Positions 10,240-19,135 of a stretch of DNA of 64,000 bases are shown in pieces. The stretch comes from an uncultured Bacillota bacterium (lineage in GTDB: Bacteria; Bacillota_I; Bacilli_A; Erysipelotrichales; Erysipelotrichaceae), in assembly GCA_949290085.1 (NCBI GenBank), contig CASEQH010000052.1, positions 9,746-73,745 on the forward strand, read 5' to 3'. Every line of letters begins with the position of its first letter. Positions within the stretch are counted from its first letter, which is position 1. Below the pieces are notes generated by a model. That model ran no database searches. It had not been told where the DNA came from and was given only the letters and a program-made list of their open reading frames with translations. A program made the translations under genes and the position numbers.

Positions 10240-12109
10240 TTAGTTTATCTTCAATCTCCTTCATAAATGTCTTGATATCTATTTTTAATTCTTCTTTGAT
10301 TTGATTAGTAGTTCCCTGTTGAGGATAAATATCATCTATGGCATATACATGCATATTTAAAAGTTGATTAGTCTTCACTAGATATTCACCTATAGCATCA
10401 GACAAGCCACCTATTAACATATCCCCTTCATAGATGTAGACTGTTTTATTTAATTCTACAATTTCATCTATCATCGCTTCATCAATAGGTTTAAAGAAAC
10501 GACAATTGATCAAATCATAATTGTAATTATTGATATTGATGATATTCTCTATCTCTAATAAATCGCTTCCATAGCTCAATATTACAACATCAGGATTATC
10601 ATGCCTTAAAAGATAATCCCAACTTCCTATCTTTATCTCATTTGCAGAACTAGTATCACCATTATACAGGCTAGTTCCACGAGGATATCTAAGAGCGAAA
10701 GGATGCTTTTGATTAAAGGCAGTAAAGATTAAGTCTTCTATCTCTTTATCATCTTTACCCTGTGCAAGGATGATATTTGGCAATGAACGTAAGAAAGAGA
10801 TATCAAAGATGCCATGATGAGTTTCACCGTCATCTCCTACAAGCCCTGCTCTATCAATGCCAAAGACTACTGGTAAGTCCATGCGGCATACATCATGATT
10901 AACTTGATCGTAAGCTCTTTGTAAAAAAGATGAATAGATAGAAACAAATGGGCGCATGCCATTTAAGGCTAATCCTGCTGCAAAAGTGACTGCATGTTCC
11001 TCGGCGATACCACAATCAAAACTACGATCCGGGAAGTGAGCAAAGATGTTTTCAAGTTTAGAACCTGCCATCATCGCTGGAGTAATAGCGACAATATTAT
11101 CGTCACTATACATCAAATGTTCGACCATATCCGCAACTACTTGTGAATAAGACTTATAATTCTTAGGTATTTCAACTAGTGGTTTCGCAGTTTCTATATC
11201 GAATGGGCCAACGCCATGCCAATGACCAGAAAAATCTTCTTCGGCAGGCTCATAGCCCTTACCCTTCTTAGTTACCACATGAACTACACAAGGTTCATCC
11301 TCATCTTTAGCTACCTCTAAGGCTCTAATTAAATCTTTGAGATTATGACCATCAACTGGGCCATGATAGTCTAAATTAAATTCTTTAAAGATACCTGAAT
11401 CGACAACTTGATCTTTAATAGCTTTTTTGAAATTAGAAATTGATTCAATGATACTAGAGCCATATTTTTCATTCTTCTTCAAAAAGCCTTTGATATCAAC
11501 TTTTAAATCATTGTATTGCTTAGAGTTACGAAGATTAGAAAAACCCTTAGATATAGCTCCCACGTTACGACTTATCGACATATCATTATCATTAAAGATG
11601 ATGATTATCTTTTTCTTTTCATAGCCAATATTGTTTAAAGCTTCTAGAGCCATGCCAGACAATAAGGCGCCATCACCAATCACAGGTACAATATTGTAAT
11701 CTTCTTTCTTTAAGTCTCTAGCGACGGCCATTCCCAATGCAGCACTTAAAGATGTTGAGGAATGACCAGCTTCAAAGACATCATAAGGGCTCTCTTTACG
11801 CTTTTGAAAGCCTGATAAGCCATAGAACTTGCGCAAAGTATCAAAGTACTTAGCTCGTCCAGTCAATATTTTATGAGTATATGATTGATGTCCTACATCA
11901 AAGAGGATTTTATCTTTCTTAAAATCAAAAACATAATGTAAAGCTATAGTTAATTCGACAACCCCTAAATTACTAGATAAGTGCCCGCCAGTCTTAGAAA
12001 TGCTGTCGATAAGAAATAGACGGATATCGTCTGCCAACATCTGCAATTCCTCTAAATCTAAACCTCTAAGAAAATCAGGATTTTGAATGTCTTTTAAATT
12101 AAAACTCAT
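10232..12109 (-). CDS. dxs: 1-deoxy-D-xylulose-5-phosphate synthase
   Basis: 625 aa. GHLSSNLG, GHQSYTHKILTGR, the GDGAL TPP motif and a transketolase-like C-terminus. Confidence 0.95.
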   Translation of the reverse strand: MSFNLKDIQNPDFLRGLDLEELQMLADDIRLFLIDSISKTGGHLSSNLGVVELTIALHYVFDFKKDKILFDVGHQSYTHKILTGRAKYFDTLRKFYGLSGFQKRKESPYDVFEAGHSSTSLSAALGMAVARDLKKEDYNIVPVIGDGALLSGMALEALNNIGYEKKKIIIIFNDNDMSISRNVGAISKGFSNLRNSKQYNDLKVDIKGFLKKNEKYGSSIIESISNFKKAIKDQVVDSGIFKEFNLDYHGPVDGHNLKDLIRALEVAKDEDEPCVVHVVTKKGKGYEPAEEDFSGHWHGVGPFDIETAKPLVEIPKNYKSYSQVVADMVEHLMYSDDNIVAITPAMMAGSKLENIFAHFPDRSFDCGIAEEHAVTFAAGLALNGMRPFVSIYSSFLQRAYDQVNHDVCRMDLPVVFGIDRAGLVGDDGETHHGIFDISFLRSLPNIILAQGKDDKEIEDLIFTAFNQKHPFALRYPRGTSLYNGDTSSANEIKIGSWDYLLRHDNPDVVILSYGSDLLEIENIININNYNYDLINCRFFKPIDEAMIDEIVELNKTVYIYEGDMLIGGLSDAIGEYLVKTNQLLNMHVYAIDDIYPQQGTTNQIKEELKIDIKTFMKEIEDKLNA

Positions 12110-12927
12110 CTTGCTTCCATCCTTTTCAAAATATCTAATAGATAGATAGTATTAAATTTTTGTTTAGAAATAAAGGCATATGTTTCTTCAAAGGCATTAT
12201 GTAATCTATTTTCTATCTCTTCTACAGAATATAAAGACAGGGTTGTAAACTTATGATTTTTAATATCGCTATTTGTCTTACCTGTTTCTTGTTCACTCTT
12301 GATGACATCGAATAAATCATCCTGGATTTGAAATAGGCGACCAATTTGAATTCCTAATTTGTCATAGAAAGCAATATTCTTCTCATCATTACAAATGTAC
12401 ATGCCTAGATATAATGCAGCCTTAAATAAAGCTCCTGTCTTATAGTCCTGTATCTCGTTGAGCTTTTCTTCACTAATATTTTTATCTGCTCTAATATCCA
12501 ATAGTTGACCATAAATCATTCCATTAATGCCACTGAAATTAGCTAGGGTCTTAATGATATTTAGTTTTAACTTATCGTTATATTTACTCCTAGATATGAC
12601 ATTAAAAGCCTCAGTCAATAAGGCATCACCAGCTAATACAGCGATATCTTCACCATAAGCCTTGTGACAAGAAGGCTTGCCACGACGAAAATCATCATTG
12701 TCCATGCATGGTAAATCATCATGAATCAATGAATAGGAGTGAATCATTTCTAAAGCTAGAGCGGCATCATAAGCATATTCTTCATCAATATCAAAACCTT
12801 TAACAATAGAGAAGATCAATTCTGGACGAAAATGTTTACCACCGATTGTCGAATATTCCATTGCCTCCTTTATCTTATTATTTAAAAGCGAATCAAAATA
12901 TCCTTGAATATGCGAATCAAAGCTCAT
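12106..12927 (-). CDS. ispA: Polyprenyl (farnesyl) diphosphate synthase
   Basis: First Asp-rich motif DDLPCMDNDDFRRG and second motif QIQDDLFD. Sits in the dxs/xseAB neighbourhood. Confidence 0.9.
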   Translation of the reverse strand: MSFDSHIQGYFDSLLNNKIKEAMEYSTIGGKHFRPELIFSIVKGFDIDEEYAYDAALALEMIHSYSLIHDDLPCMDNDDFRRGKPSCHKAYGEDIAVLAGDALLTEAFNVISRSKYNDKLKLNIIKTLANFSGINGMIYGQLLDIRADKNISEEKLNEIQDYKTGALFKAALYLGMYICNDEKNIAFYDKLGIQIGRLFQIQDDLFDVIKSEQETGKTNSDIKNHKFTTLSLYSVEEIENRLHNAFEETYAFISKQKFNTIYLLDILKRMEAR

Positions 12928-13123
12928 TTTCTTTTTCCTTTTCTAAATCTATCGTCTCTAGTTTCTTCTCAAATGATTCCAATTGTTTACTTAAATTCTT
13001 AGATATCTTTAAACCCTCTTCATAAAGTTCTATTGATTTATCTAAGTCAACATTGTCATTCTCTAATAAATTAACAATTTCTTCCAGACGTTTCATTTGG
13101 TCTTCGAATTTTTCTTTTGGCAT
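12917..13123 (-). CDS. xseB: Exodeoxyribonuclease VII small subunit
   Basis: 68-aa helical protein (...LEEIVNLLENDNVDLDKSIELYEEG...) directly downstream of xseA. Confidence 0.9.
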   Translation of the reverse strand: MPKEKFEDQMKRLEEIVNLLENDNVDLDKSIELYEEGLKISKNLSKQLESFEKKLETIDLEKEKENEL

Positions 13124-14436
13124 TTAAGATCCTCCTTGTAAGTGACAGAAATCGTTCCATCATACATTTTAAGATAATAGTCTTCATTCAAAGTCATATC
13201 TGCTTTTCTCTTGATGACCTTATCATCTTTTAAAACTAAACTGTATCCCCTCTTTAAAACACTCTCAAAGCTATATGCATCTAATAAAATAGTAAATCTT
13301 TTTAATAGATTGCGTTTTAAGCTCAGTTGTAATGTCATAATCTGTTTGAGTTTTAACTGATCTATATCAATTAATTGTCTACTTTTACTTATCTTTTTAA
13401 GCATGTGTTGCTTAAGTTTATTATCTAAATAAAAGAGACTTTCCTTATATTGATAACGCCCCTTGATATTATTATATAACTTTGTCTTTAAAAACTCTAA
13501 CTTGATAGTACAATCTTGTATGAGATATTTATCGACAGTAAAGATGCGGGAAGACATCAGATGCTTAAACTTTTCATTTTCTTGATTAAGGCGATTGTTT
13601 ACTATGTATCTAATTCTTCTTTCAAAGTCGCATATCATATTATCCACTTCCTTGATATCAGGAGTTAGATATACCACTGCGCCAGTAGGCGTCGGTGCTC
13701 GCAAATCAGCTACAAAATCAGCAATGGTATAGTCTTGTTCATGCCCAATACCCGTGATGATAAATGTATTTAATTCATATATCGTATAAGCTAGTATTTC
13801 ATCATTAAAGACAAAGAGATCTTCAAATGAACCACCACCTCTAGCTAATATAATTGCATCATAATTCAATGTATCAACATATTTAAGAGTAGAAATAATT
13901 TCTTTAGCTGCCATTTCACCTTGCACCAATACCGGATAATAAGTGACTTTAGCTACTGGCCAACGATTGGCAAAATTTGTTTTAATATCAGAAAGTGCAG
14001 CACTGGCATTTCCCACTAGCACAGCTATATTCATTGGATATAAAGGTTTTTCCCTCTTGTGTTCAGATGCGAAATAACCTTTAGCCTGTAGATTATTTTT
14101 TAATTTTTCAAACTTTAAAAATAGATCGCCAATGCCATCTAATTTCATAATTGTAATATAGAGTTGTAGTTGACCACTGGCTTGAAAGATTGAAGTGTTA
14201 GCCTTCACTAAGACCTTGTCACCATTTTTAGGTTCAAAGTTTAGATTATTTGCCGCATAGCGAAACATCACACAAGATATCGTCGCCTTGTCATCCTTTA
14301 AAGAAAAATAGAGATGTCCACTTTGATGACGATGATAGTTTGATATCTCTCCACTTACAATCACATTCTGCAAACTAGCATCACTATCCAGTTTATTCTT
14401 CAAGTAGTTCAACAGATTTGAGACAGTCAAATTCAT
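13093..14436 (-). CDS. xseA: Exodeoxyribonuclease VII large subunit
   Basis: 447 aa. N-terminal OB fold (VSGEISNY..HQSGHLYFSLKD), RGGGS and a long C-terminal coiled coil. Confidence 0.95.
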   Translation of the reverse strand: MNLTVSNLLNYLKNKLDSDASLQNVIVSGEISNYHRHQSGHLYFSLKDDKATISCVMFRYAANNLNFEPKNGDKVLVKANTSIFQASGQLQLYITIMKLDGIGDLFLKFEKLKNNLQAKGYFASEHKREKPLYPMNIAVLVGNASAALSDIKTNFANRWPVAKVTYYPVLVQGEMAAKEIISTLKYVDTLNYDAIILARGGGSFEDLFVFNDEILAYTIYELNTFIITGIGHEQDYTIADFVADLRAPTPTGAVVYLTPDIKEVDNMICDFERRIRYIVNNRLNQENEKFKHLMSSRIFTVDKYLIQDCTIKLEFLKTKLYNNIKGRYQYKESLFYLDNKLKQHMLKKISKSRQLIDIDQLKLKQIMTLQLSLKRNLLKRFTILLDAYSFESVLKRGYSLVLKDDKVIKRKADMTLNEDYYLKMYDGTISVTYKEDLKCQKKNSKTK

Positions 14437-14438
14437 AT

Positions 14439-14810
14439 TTATAGTCTATCTAAGACACCATTAATATAACGATAATTATCTGGATCAGAATATTTTTTTG
14501 ATAATTGTAAAGCTTCGTTTATGACGACAGCTTTATCATTTAGATTTAGTTGCAATTCACTTAATGCCACCAGCATGATAGCTTGGTCAACCAGATTTAA
14601 GCGATCAAAAGACCACTTATTGAGGTATTGCTCAATTTTTCCCTTGTATACATCTTCGTTATTAGAGATATCCACAAGGATTGAAGAGATAAAATCGCTG
14701 TACCCTTCTTTATTTTCTTCAGCATTTAAAGAAGCTTGTAAATCATCATGTAATAAAAGATGACGATATACTTTTTCCATTAAAAAAATTCTTTCTTCAT
14801 GTCTATTCAT
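14439..14810 (-). CDS. nusB: Transcription antitermination factor NusB
   Basis: 123 aa. NusB-like helices and the C-terminal ...YINGVLDRL. Confidence 0.9.
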   Translation of the reverse strand: MNRHEERIFLMEKVYRHLLLHDDLQASLNAEENKEGYSDFISSILVDISNNEDVYKGKIEQYLNKWSFDRLNLVDQAIMLVALSELQLNLNDKAVVINEALQLSKKYSDPDNYRYINGVLDRL

Positions 14811-14817
14811 GTATATT

Positions 14818-14826
14818 ATTTTAGCA
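14818..14826 (-). promoter_or_regulatory. Extended -10 box TGcTAAAAT, 7 nt upstream of the nusB ATG (candidate leaderless promoter)
   Basis: The minus strand reads AGTATGCTAAAATAATATAC-ATG. There is no Shine-Dalgarno between the box and the ATG at 14810. Confidence 0.4.
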
Positions 14827-14855
14827 TACTTAAAGATAAAAAAACTATATAATGC

Positions 14856-14861
14856 TATAAT
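14856..14861 (+). promoter_or_regulatory. TATAAT box 6 nt upstream of the GTG at 14868 (candidate promoter of the DUF5662 gene)
   Basis: TATAAT at 14856-14861, with a second TATAAT at 14848-14853. There is no SD before either the GTG at 14868 or the ATG at 14877. Confidence 0.35.
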
Positions 14862-14867
14862 AATTTC

Positions 14868-15437
14868 GTGTATAAAATGTCACTGAGCAAACGCTTTATC
14901 GGCCATTTAAAAACTATCACTACACATAAGTTTCTAGTCATGAAGCTCTGTTTTAAATGCGGTCTTTATATGCAAGGCTTATTACATGATTTATCCAAAT
15001 ATAGTCCTGTAGAATTTTTTAATGGTGTTAGATACTATCAAGGTTACCGTTCGCCTATCGATGAAGAAAAAGAAGAGATAGGCTATTCAAAGGCTTGGCT
15101 TCATCATAAAGGCAGAAATAAACACCATTGGGAATACTGGTTAGACTTTAATCTAAATGGTCAATTAATAGCTCCTTTAGCAATGCCATATAATTATATT
15201 ATCGAATCTGTTTTAGATAAGATTGCTGCTAGTAAGGTATATCGAGGCAAAGATTATACTGATGACTACCCTCTTTATTATTTTGAAAAAGGGAATAGTA
15301 AAAATATCATGCATCAATATAATGCTAAACAATTTAAAGAATTATTATCATATTTAGCTATTAATGGCGAAGAAAAAGCTTTGGCTCACTATGCTAAATT
15401 ATATAAGGATTTTAAAAAGTCAAAGCGACTTAAATAA
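14868..15437 (+). CDS. DUF5662-like hypothetical protein (His-rich, HD-like)
   Basis: GLLHDLSKYSPVEF...WLHHKGRNKHHWEYW matches my memory of the DUF5662 family. The start is either GTG 14868 or ATG 14877. Confidence 0.6.
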   Translation: MYKMSLSKRFIGHLKTITTHKFLVMKLCFKCGLYMQGLLHDLSKYSPVEFFNGVRYYQGYRSPIDEEKEEIGYSKAWLHHKGRNKHHWEYWLDFNLNGQLIAPLAMPYNYIIESVLDKIAASKVYRGKDYTDDYPLYYFEKGNSKNIMHQYNAKQFKELLSYLAINGEEKALAHYAKLYKDFKKSKRLK

Positions 15438-16550
15438 TTCATCCCACTTTTTGATTATCTTATTTATCTCATAATTTTCAGCATGATTATAAGCACTAAT
15501 CTTAAGCTTTTCATAATCCCCGCTAAAGCTATCAATGATACAATCTGCAATTTCAAGTGGATCAAAAGAATCTACTACTTTACCATTGACACCTTCCTCT
15601 ATGACTTCATATATCGCATCACCACAATGAGTTGAGATAGTATAGATGGAAAAACAATTCGCTTCAATGATACTTAAAGCATAGCCTTCAGTAAAGGAAG
15701 TGACGATTTGGCCATCGCACAAGCGATAATATGCTTCTATATTTTTAATGCTTCCTAACATAGATATTTCATCAACTAGAGAATAATCTTCTATCATCTT
15801 TTTGACCTTGGCATATTTTGAGCCATCTCCACAAATATATAGATGATAATTAAAAGCTTTTTCTTTTAAAACTTTACATACTTCAATTAATAGTTCAGGA
15901 TTTTTTTGAGTCTCTAAACGCCCTACATAGATCAAATTTAACTTATCATGACTAGGTATCTTCTCTCTTTTGAAACGACTAGGATTATGAATGACTGATG
16001 ATTTGTTCTTAAGTTCCGGCTTAGCTTTGACAATATTATCTCTAGCTGAGTCAGTCAAAAAGACAGTATGTTTAGGTTTGATACAAAGCCTCAGCATAAA
16101 CTTGAAAAAAGGATGCAAATAATCATTTGCATCAAAGTGATAATGGAAGATGACCTCTCTTTTACTAGGTGCAAAAAGATAAGAATCTAAACTAGAAGCG
16201 ATAATAATATCATCTTCACAAGTTATAGCTTGGATTTTTTTACGATAATAATTCTTTTTAACAACGAAGTGATAGAACAATCGCAAAGATAATCCAATCA
16301 CTTTAAAATATTGGCACTTATTAAGATATTCCTTAAGATAGCGGTCAAAACAACATACCTCAATTGGCAAACCTAAAGATGCAACTTCTAAGTCAGAACT
16401 ATCAAAAAAACTCTCATTTTGTCTTGCGGCTACAGAAATTAATAAACAGTCATAATTTAGTTTTTTTAATTCTTTTAATAAGTTGATGGAAACCATCTCT
16501 GTTCCACCACTATGATAAGTTTGTTGAATGAGCCAAACAATTTTTTTCAT
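15420..16550 (-). CDS. Glycosyltransferase family 4 (GT-B fold)
   Basis: 376 aa. N-terminal SGGTEMV and a C-terminal EGYALSIIEA...GKVV block typical of GT4/GT1 enzymes. Confidence 0.8.
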   Translation of the reverse strand: MKKIVWLIQQTYHSGGTEMVSINLLKELKKLNYDCLLISVAARQNESFFDSSDLEVASLGLPIEVCCFDRYLKEYLNKCQYFKVIGLSLRLFYHFVVKKNYYRKKIQAITCEDDIIIASSLDSYLFAPSKREVIFHYHFDANDYLHPFFKFMLRLCIKPKHTVFLTDSARDNIVKAKPELKNKSSVIHNPSRFKREKIPSHDKLNLIYVGRLETQKNPELLIEVCKVLKEKAFNYHLYICGDGSKYAKVKKMIEDYSLVDEISMLGSIKNIEAYYRLCDGQIVTSFTEGYALSIIEANCFSIYTISTHCGDAIYEVIEEGVNGKVVDSFDPLEIADCIIDSFSGDYEKLKISAYNHAENYEINKIIKKWDELFKSL

Positions 16551-16551
16551 C

Positions 16552-17757
16552 TTATCTCAAATATGCTTCATAGAGTCGTTCGGTGATATTAGAAGCATAA
16601 AAGTCCATATTTAAACCGCGATATATTTCAACTACCGCTGCATCAGTTCCGCCATATATAGGTCTAATAGTACGATTAGTTACATACTTAAAGCCTATAC
16701 CTACGACATATAATACTAGTAATAAGATACTAAGATTTCTTCTCGACTTATTATCAAAGAATAACAGATAAAAGATAACGCCAGCTATAAAACCACCTAG
16801 ATGTACAATTATACCGACATTAGCGACAAAAGATATCGCAACATTAACAAGGATAATCTGTAGTAAATAGTACGAACTTAGATATCCTCCTCGATATGCC
16901 ATGATTAAATAGACTGCCATGAGACCAAAAAGTCCACCACTGAGACCTACTATCATAGAATTATCTAATAAAATACCATTTAGTAACGCTCCACAGATAG
17001 TTGAACCATACAAGATAATACCAAATTTTAAAGAACCTATTGATTCTTCTAAGGCTGAGCCTAGAATATATAAACTATACATATTCATTAAGAAGTGAAT
17101 GATAGAACCGTGGACAAAACCATATGTCAAAAGACGCCAGAATTGATTTAAACCGAGTGTAAACATCTTGTAGTCAGCTCCCATCACTATCATTGAAGCG
17201 ACACTGTCATAATTCATCTGCAACAAGAATGAGAGAATAAAATTAATGACACAGATAGCCATAGTCACATAAGTGACTATCATCGGTATCTTTTTTAGAT
17301 TGCGCTTTTGTTTCCTGGCTGTGACCACTGTCTCATTGATATCATTGATGAGCTGCTTAGTCTCGGCTATAGGGTCACTAGTTTCATGTACAACATTTTT
17401 TATGCCTGGATAAGCAAAAGAGACATCAATACCATCATAATAATCATTATCGATGGCGATGCTGTCATAAACTTCATCATCCAAGATGATATCTTTACCT
17501 ATATGAATATCCAAGAATGTCCTATTAGGTAAACGAAGATTATTAGCTAAAAAGTTTATGCTTTCATCTAGCCTACTTTTCTCATAGATGACTTGTTCAA
17601 TAGATTTAGTAGTGATTCTAATGAGAGAATATGTTTGATTTTCTCCATTTACTAGCCACACTTCATCCTTTTGAACACGGGATAGAATAACTGATTTATA
17701 GTTAAATTTAGTGAGAAAGAAATGTAAGAGCTGTGTAATCTTATATGTATTATCCAT
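16552..17757 (-). CDS. Rhomboid family intramembrane serine protease (GluP/YqgP-like with cytoplasmic N-terminal domain)
   Basis: Motifs FVHGSIIHFLMNM, GLSGGLFG (GxSG) and HLGGF, with six or more TM helices after a soluble N-terminus of about 165 aa. Confidence 0.85.
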   Translation of the reverse strand: MDNTYKITQLLHFFLTKFNYKSVILSRVQKDEVWLVNGENQTYSLIRITTKSIEQVIYEKSRLDESINFLANNLRLPNRTFLDIHIGKDIILDDEVYDSIAIDNDYYDGIDVSFAYPGIKNVVHETSDPIAETKQLINDINETVVTARKQKRNLKKIPMIVTYVTMAICVINFILSFLLQMNYDSVASMIVMGADYKMFTLGLNQFWRLLTYGFVHGSIIHFLMNMYSLYILGSALEESIGSLKFGIILYGSTICGALLNGILLDNSMIVGLSGGLFGLMAVYLIMAYRGGYLSSYYLLQIILVNVAISFVANVGIIVHLGGFIAGVIFYLLFFDNKSRRNLSILLLVLYVVGIGFKYVTNRTIRPIYGGTDAAVVEIYRGLNMDFYASNITERLYEAYLR

Positions 17758-18662
17758 TATTTTCCTTCTTTCATATTAATATATTCAATCATATAAGCCG
17801 GCATATCGGTACTAAAAGACATCCTTTCTAATGTCTTAGGATGAACAAAGCTCAAATAGTAGGCATGTAGATACTGACCACTGTCATCTAATACTTTTCT
17901 TGAATACTTAGCATCATTTAATACTGGATGATTAATATATTTCATATGGACTCTTATCTGATGAGTACGACCAGTTAGAAGTTCTACATCTAATAATGTC
18001 GAATCATCAAAACGTTTTAATACCTTAAATAAAGTTATGGCATTTTTTGAATTTAAGGAAGTTACAGTCATATTTTGCCTATTGTTATGATCTCGCCCAA
18101 TAGGAGCATTTATCTCTCCTTCGTCATGTTCAATAACGCCATTAACTATTGCATAATACTTCCTGAAACAAGTTTTATCTTTTAATTGTTCGCTCAAAAA
18201 AGCATGGGCGTAATCATTTTTAGCACAAACTAATAAACCAGATGTATCCTTATCGATACGATGGACAATACCAGGTCTAGTAGGATCATCACTATTACTC
18301 AAGGAGTTGCAATGATATAGTAGGCCATGGACAAGCGTATTATCAAAATTTCCGCTACCAGGATGAACTACTAAACCTTTTGGCTTATTGATGACGATCA
18401 AATCATCATCTTCATAAATGATATCTAAGTCCATCTTTACAGGATGAATATCCATAGGTACTTCAATTATATATTCAAGATTAATTTCATCATTTAGTTC
18501 TAAACGATAATTAGCTCTTGTCTTTTCACCATTTACTAGAACATGCCCATCAGCAATTAACTTTTGTATCTTACTGCGAGATAATGTTGAATTATAACTT
18601 AAAAAGATATCTATCCTTAGACCAACATTATTTTCATCAATAATATAATTAAGCTTTTCCAT
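17757..18662 (-). CDS. rluD: RluA/RluD family 23S rRNA pseudouridine synthase
   Basis: An S4 domain plus the catalytic HRIDKDTSGL and GRTHQIRVH motifs. Confidence 0.9.
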   Translation of the reverse strand: MEKLNYIIDENNVGLRIDIFLSYNSTLSRSKIQKLIADGHVLVNGEKTRANYRLELNDEINLEYIIEVPMDIHPVKMDLDIIYEDDDLIVINKPKGLVVHPGSGNFDNTLVHGLLYHCNSLSNSDDPTRPGIVHRIDKDTSGLLVCAKNDYAHAFLSEQLKDKTCFRKYYAIVNGVIEHDEGEINAPIGRDHNNRQNMTVTSLNSKNAITLFKVLKRFDDSTLLDVELLTGRTHQIRVHMKYINHPVLNDAKYSRKVLDDSGQYLHAYYLSFVHPKTLERMSFSTDMPAYMIEYINMKEGK

Positions 18663-19116
18663 GTCTACTTTCCTTTAAAATATTAATAATAAATAATAGA
18701 ACACCAATAGTTAGAAAACTGTCGGCCAAATTGAATACCGGAAAAGGATAGCCAAAGATATTACAAGCGATAAAATCTACTACATAACCCAAATTCAATC
18801 TATCGATGAAATTGCCCAGTGCCCCACCTATCATTAAAGATATAGATACTTTCTCTAGAATAGCTTTATCATTAGCTTTAAATAATAGATACAATAAAAA
18901 TATTAAAGCAACACAAGTAACTAACAATAGAAATAACATTTTTCCCTCAAGAATACTAAAACCAGCGCCAGTATTCTGCACATATTTTAAAGATAAGAAG
19001 CCATCAATTATAGTCTGACTTTCATATAGATCAAAATTAGACACAATCCAAAATTTAGATAATTGGTCTACAATGATAGTTGCGATAATAATTAATATAT
19101 ACTTAATAAATTTCAT
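18649..19116 (-). CDS. lspA: Lipoprotein signal peptidase II
   Basis: 155 aa, four TM helices, with motifs NTGAGFS, GNFIDR and FNLAD. Confidence 0.9.
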   Translation of the reverse strand: MKFIKYILIIIATIIVDQLSKFWIVSNFDLYESQTIIDGFLSLKYVQNTGAGFSILEGKMLFLLLVTCVALIFLLYLLFKANDKAILEKVSISLMIGGALGNFIDRLNLGYVVDFIACNIFGYPFPVFNLADSFLTIGVLLFIINILKESRHGKA

Positions 19117-19135
19117 AAGAGTATTTTATCATATA

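Noticed and set aside
16552-17757. The idea that the TGGEGW + TM + basic tails are GlyGly-CTERM-like signals processed by the rhomboid protease in this window (a rhombosortase analogy).
   Set aside because: The rhomboid is of the GluP/YqgP housekeeping type, lies 11 kb away in an unrelated operon, and rhombosortase systems are Gram-negative. A class C sortase encoded between the substrates, together with pilin Lys motifs and E-boxes, explains the tails much better.
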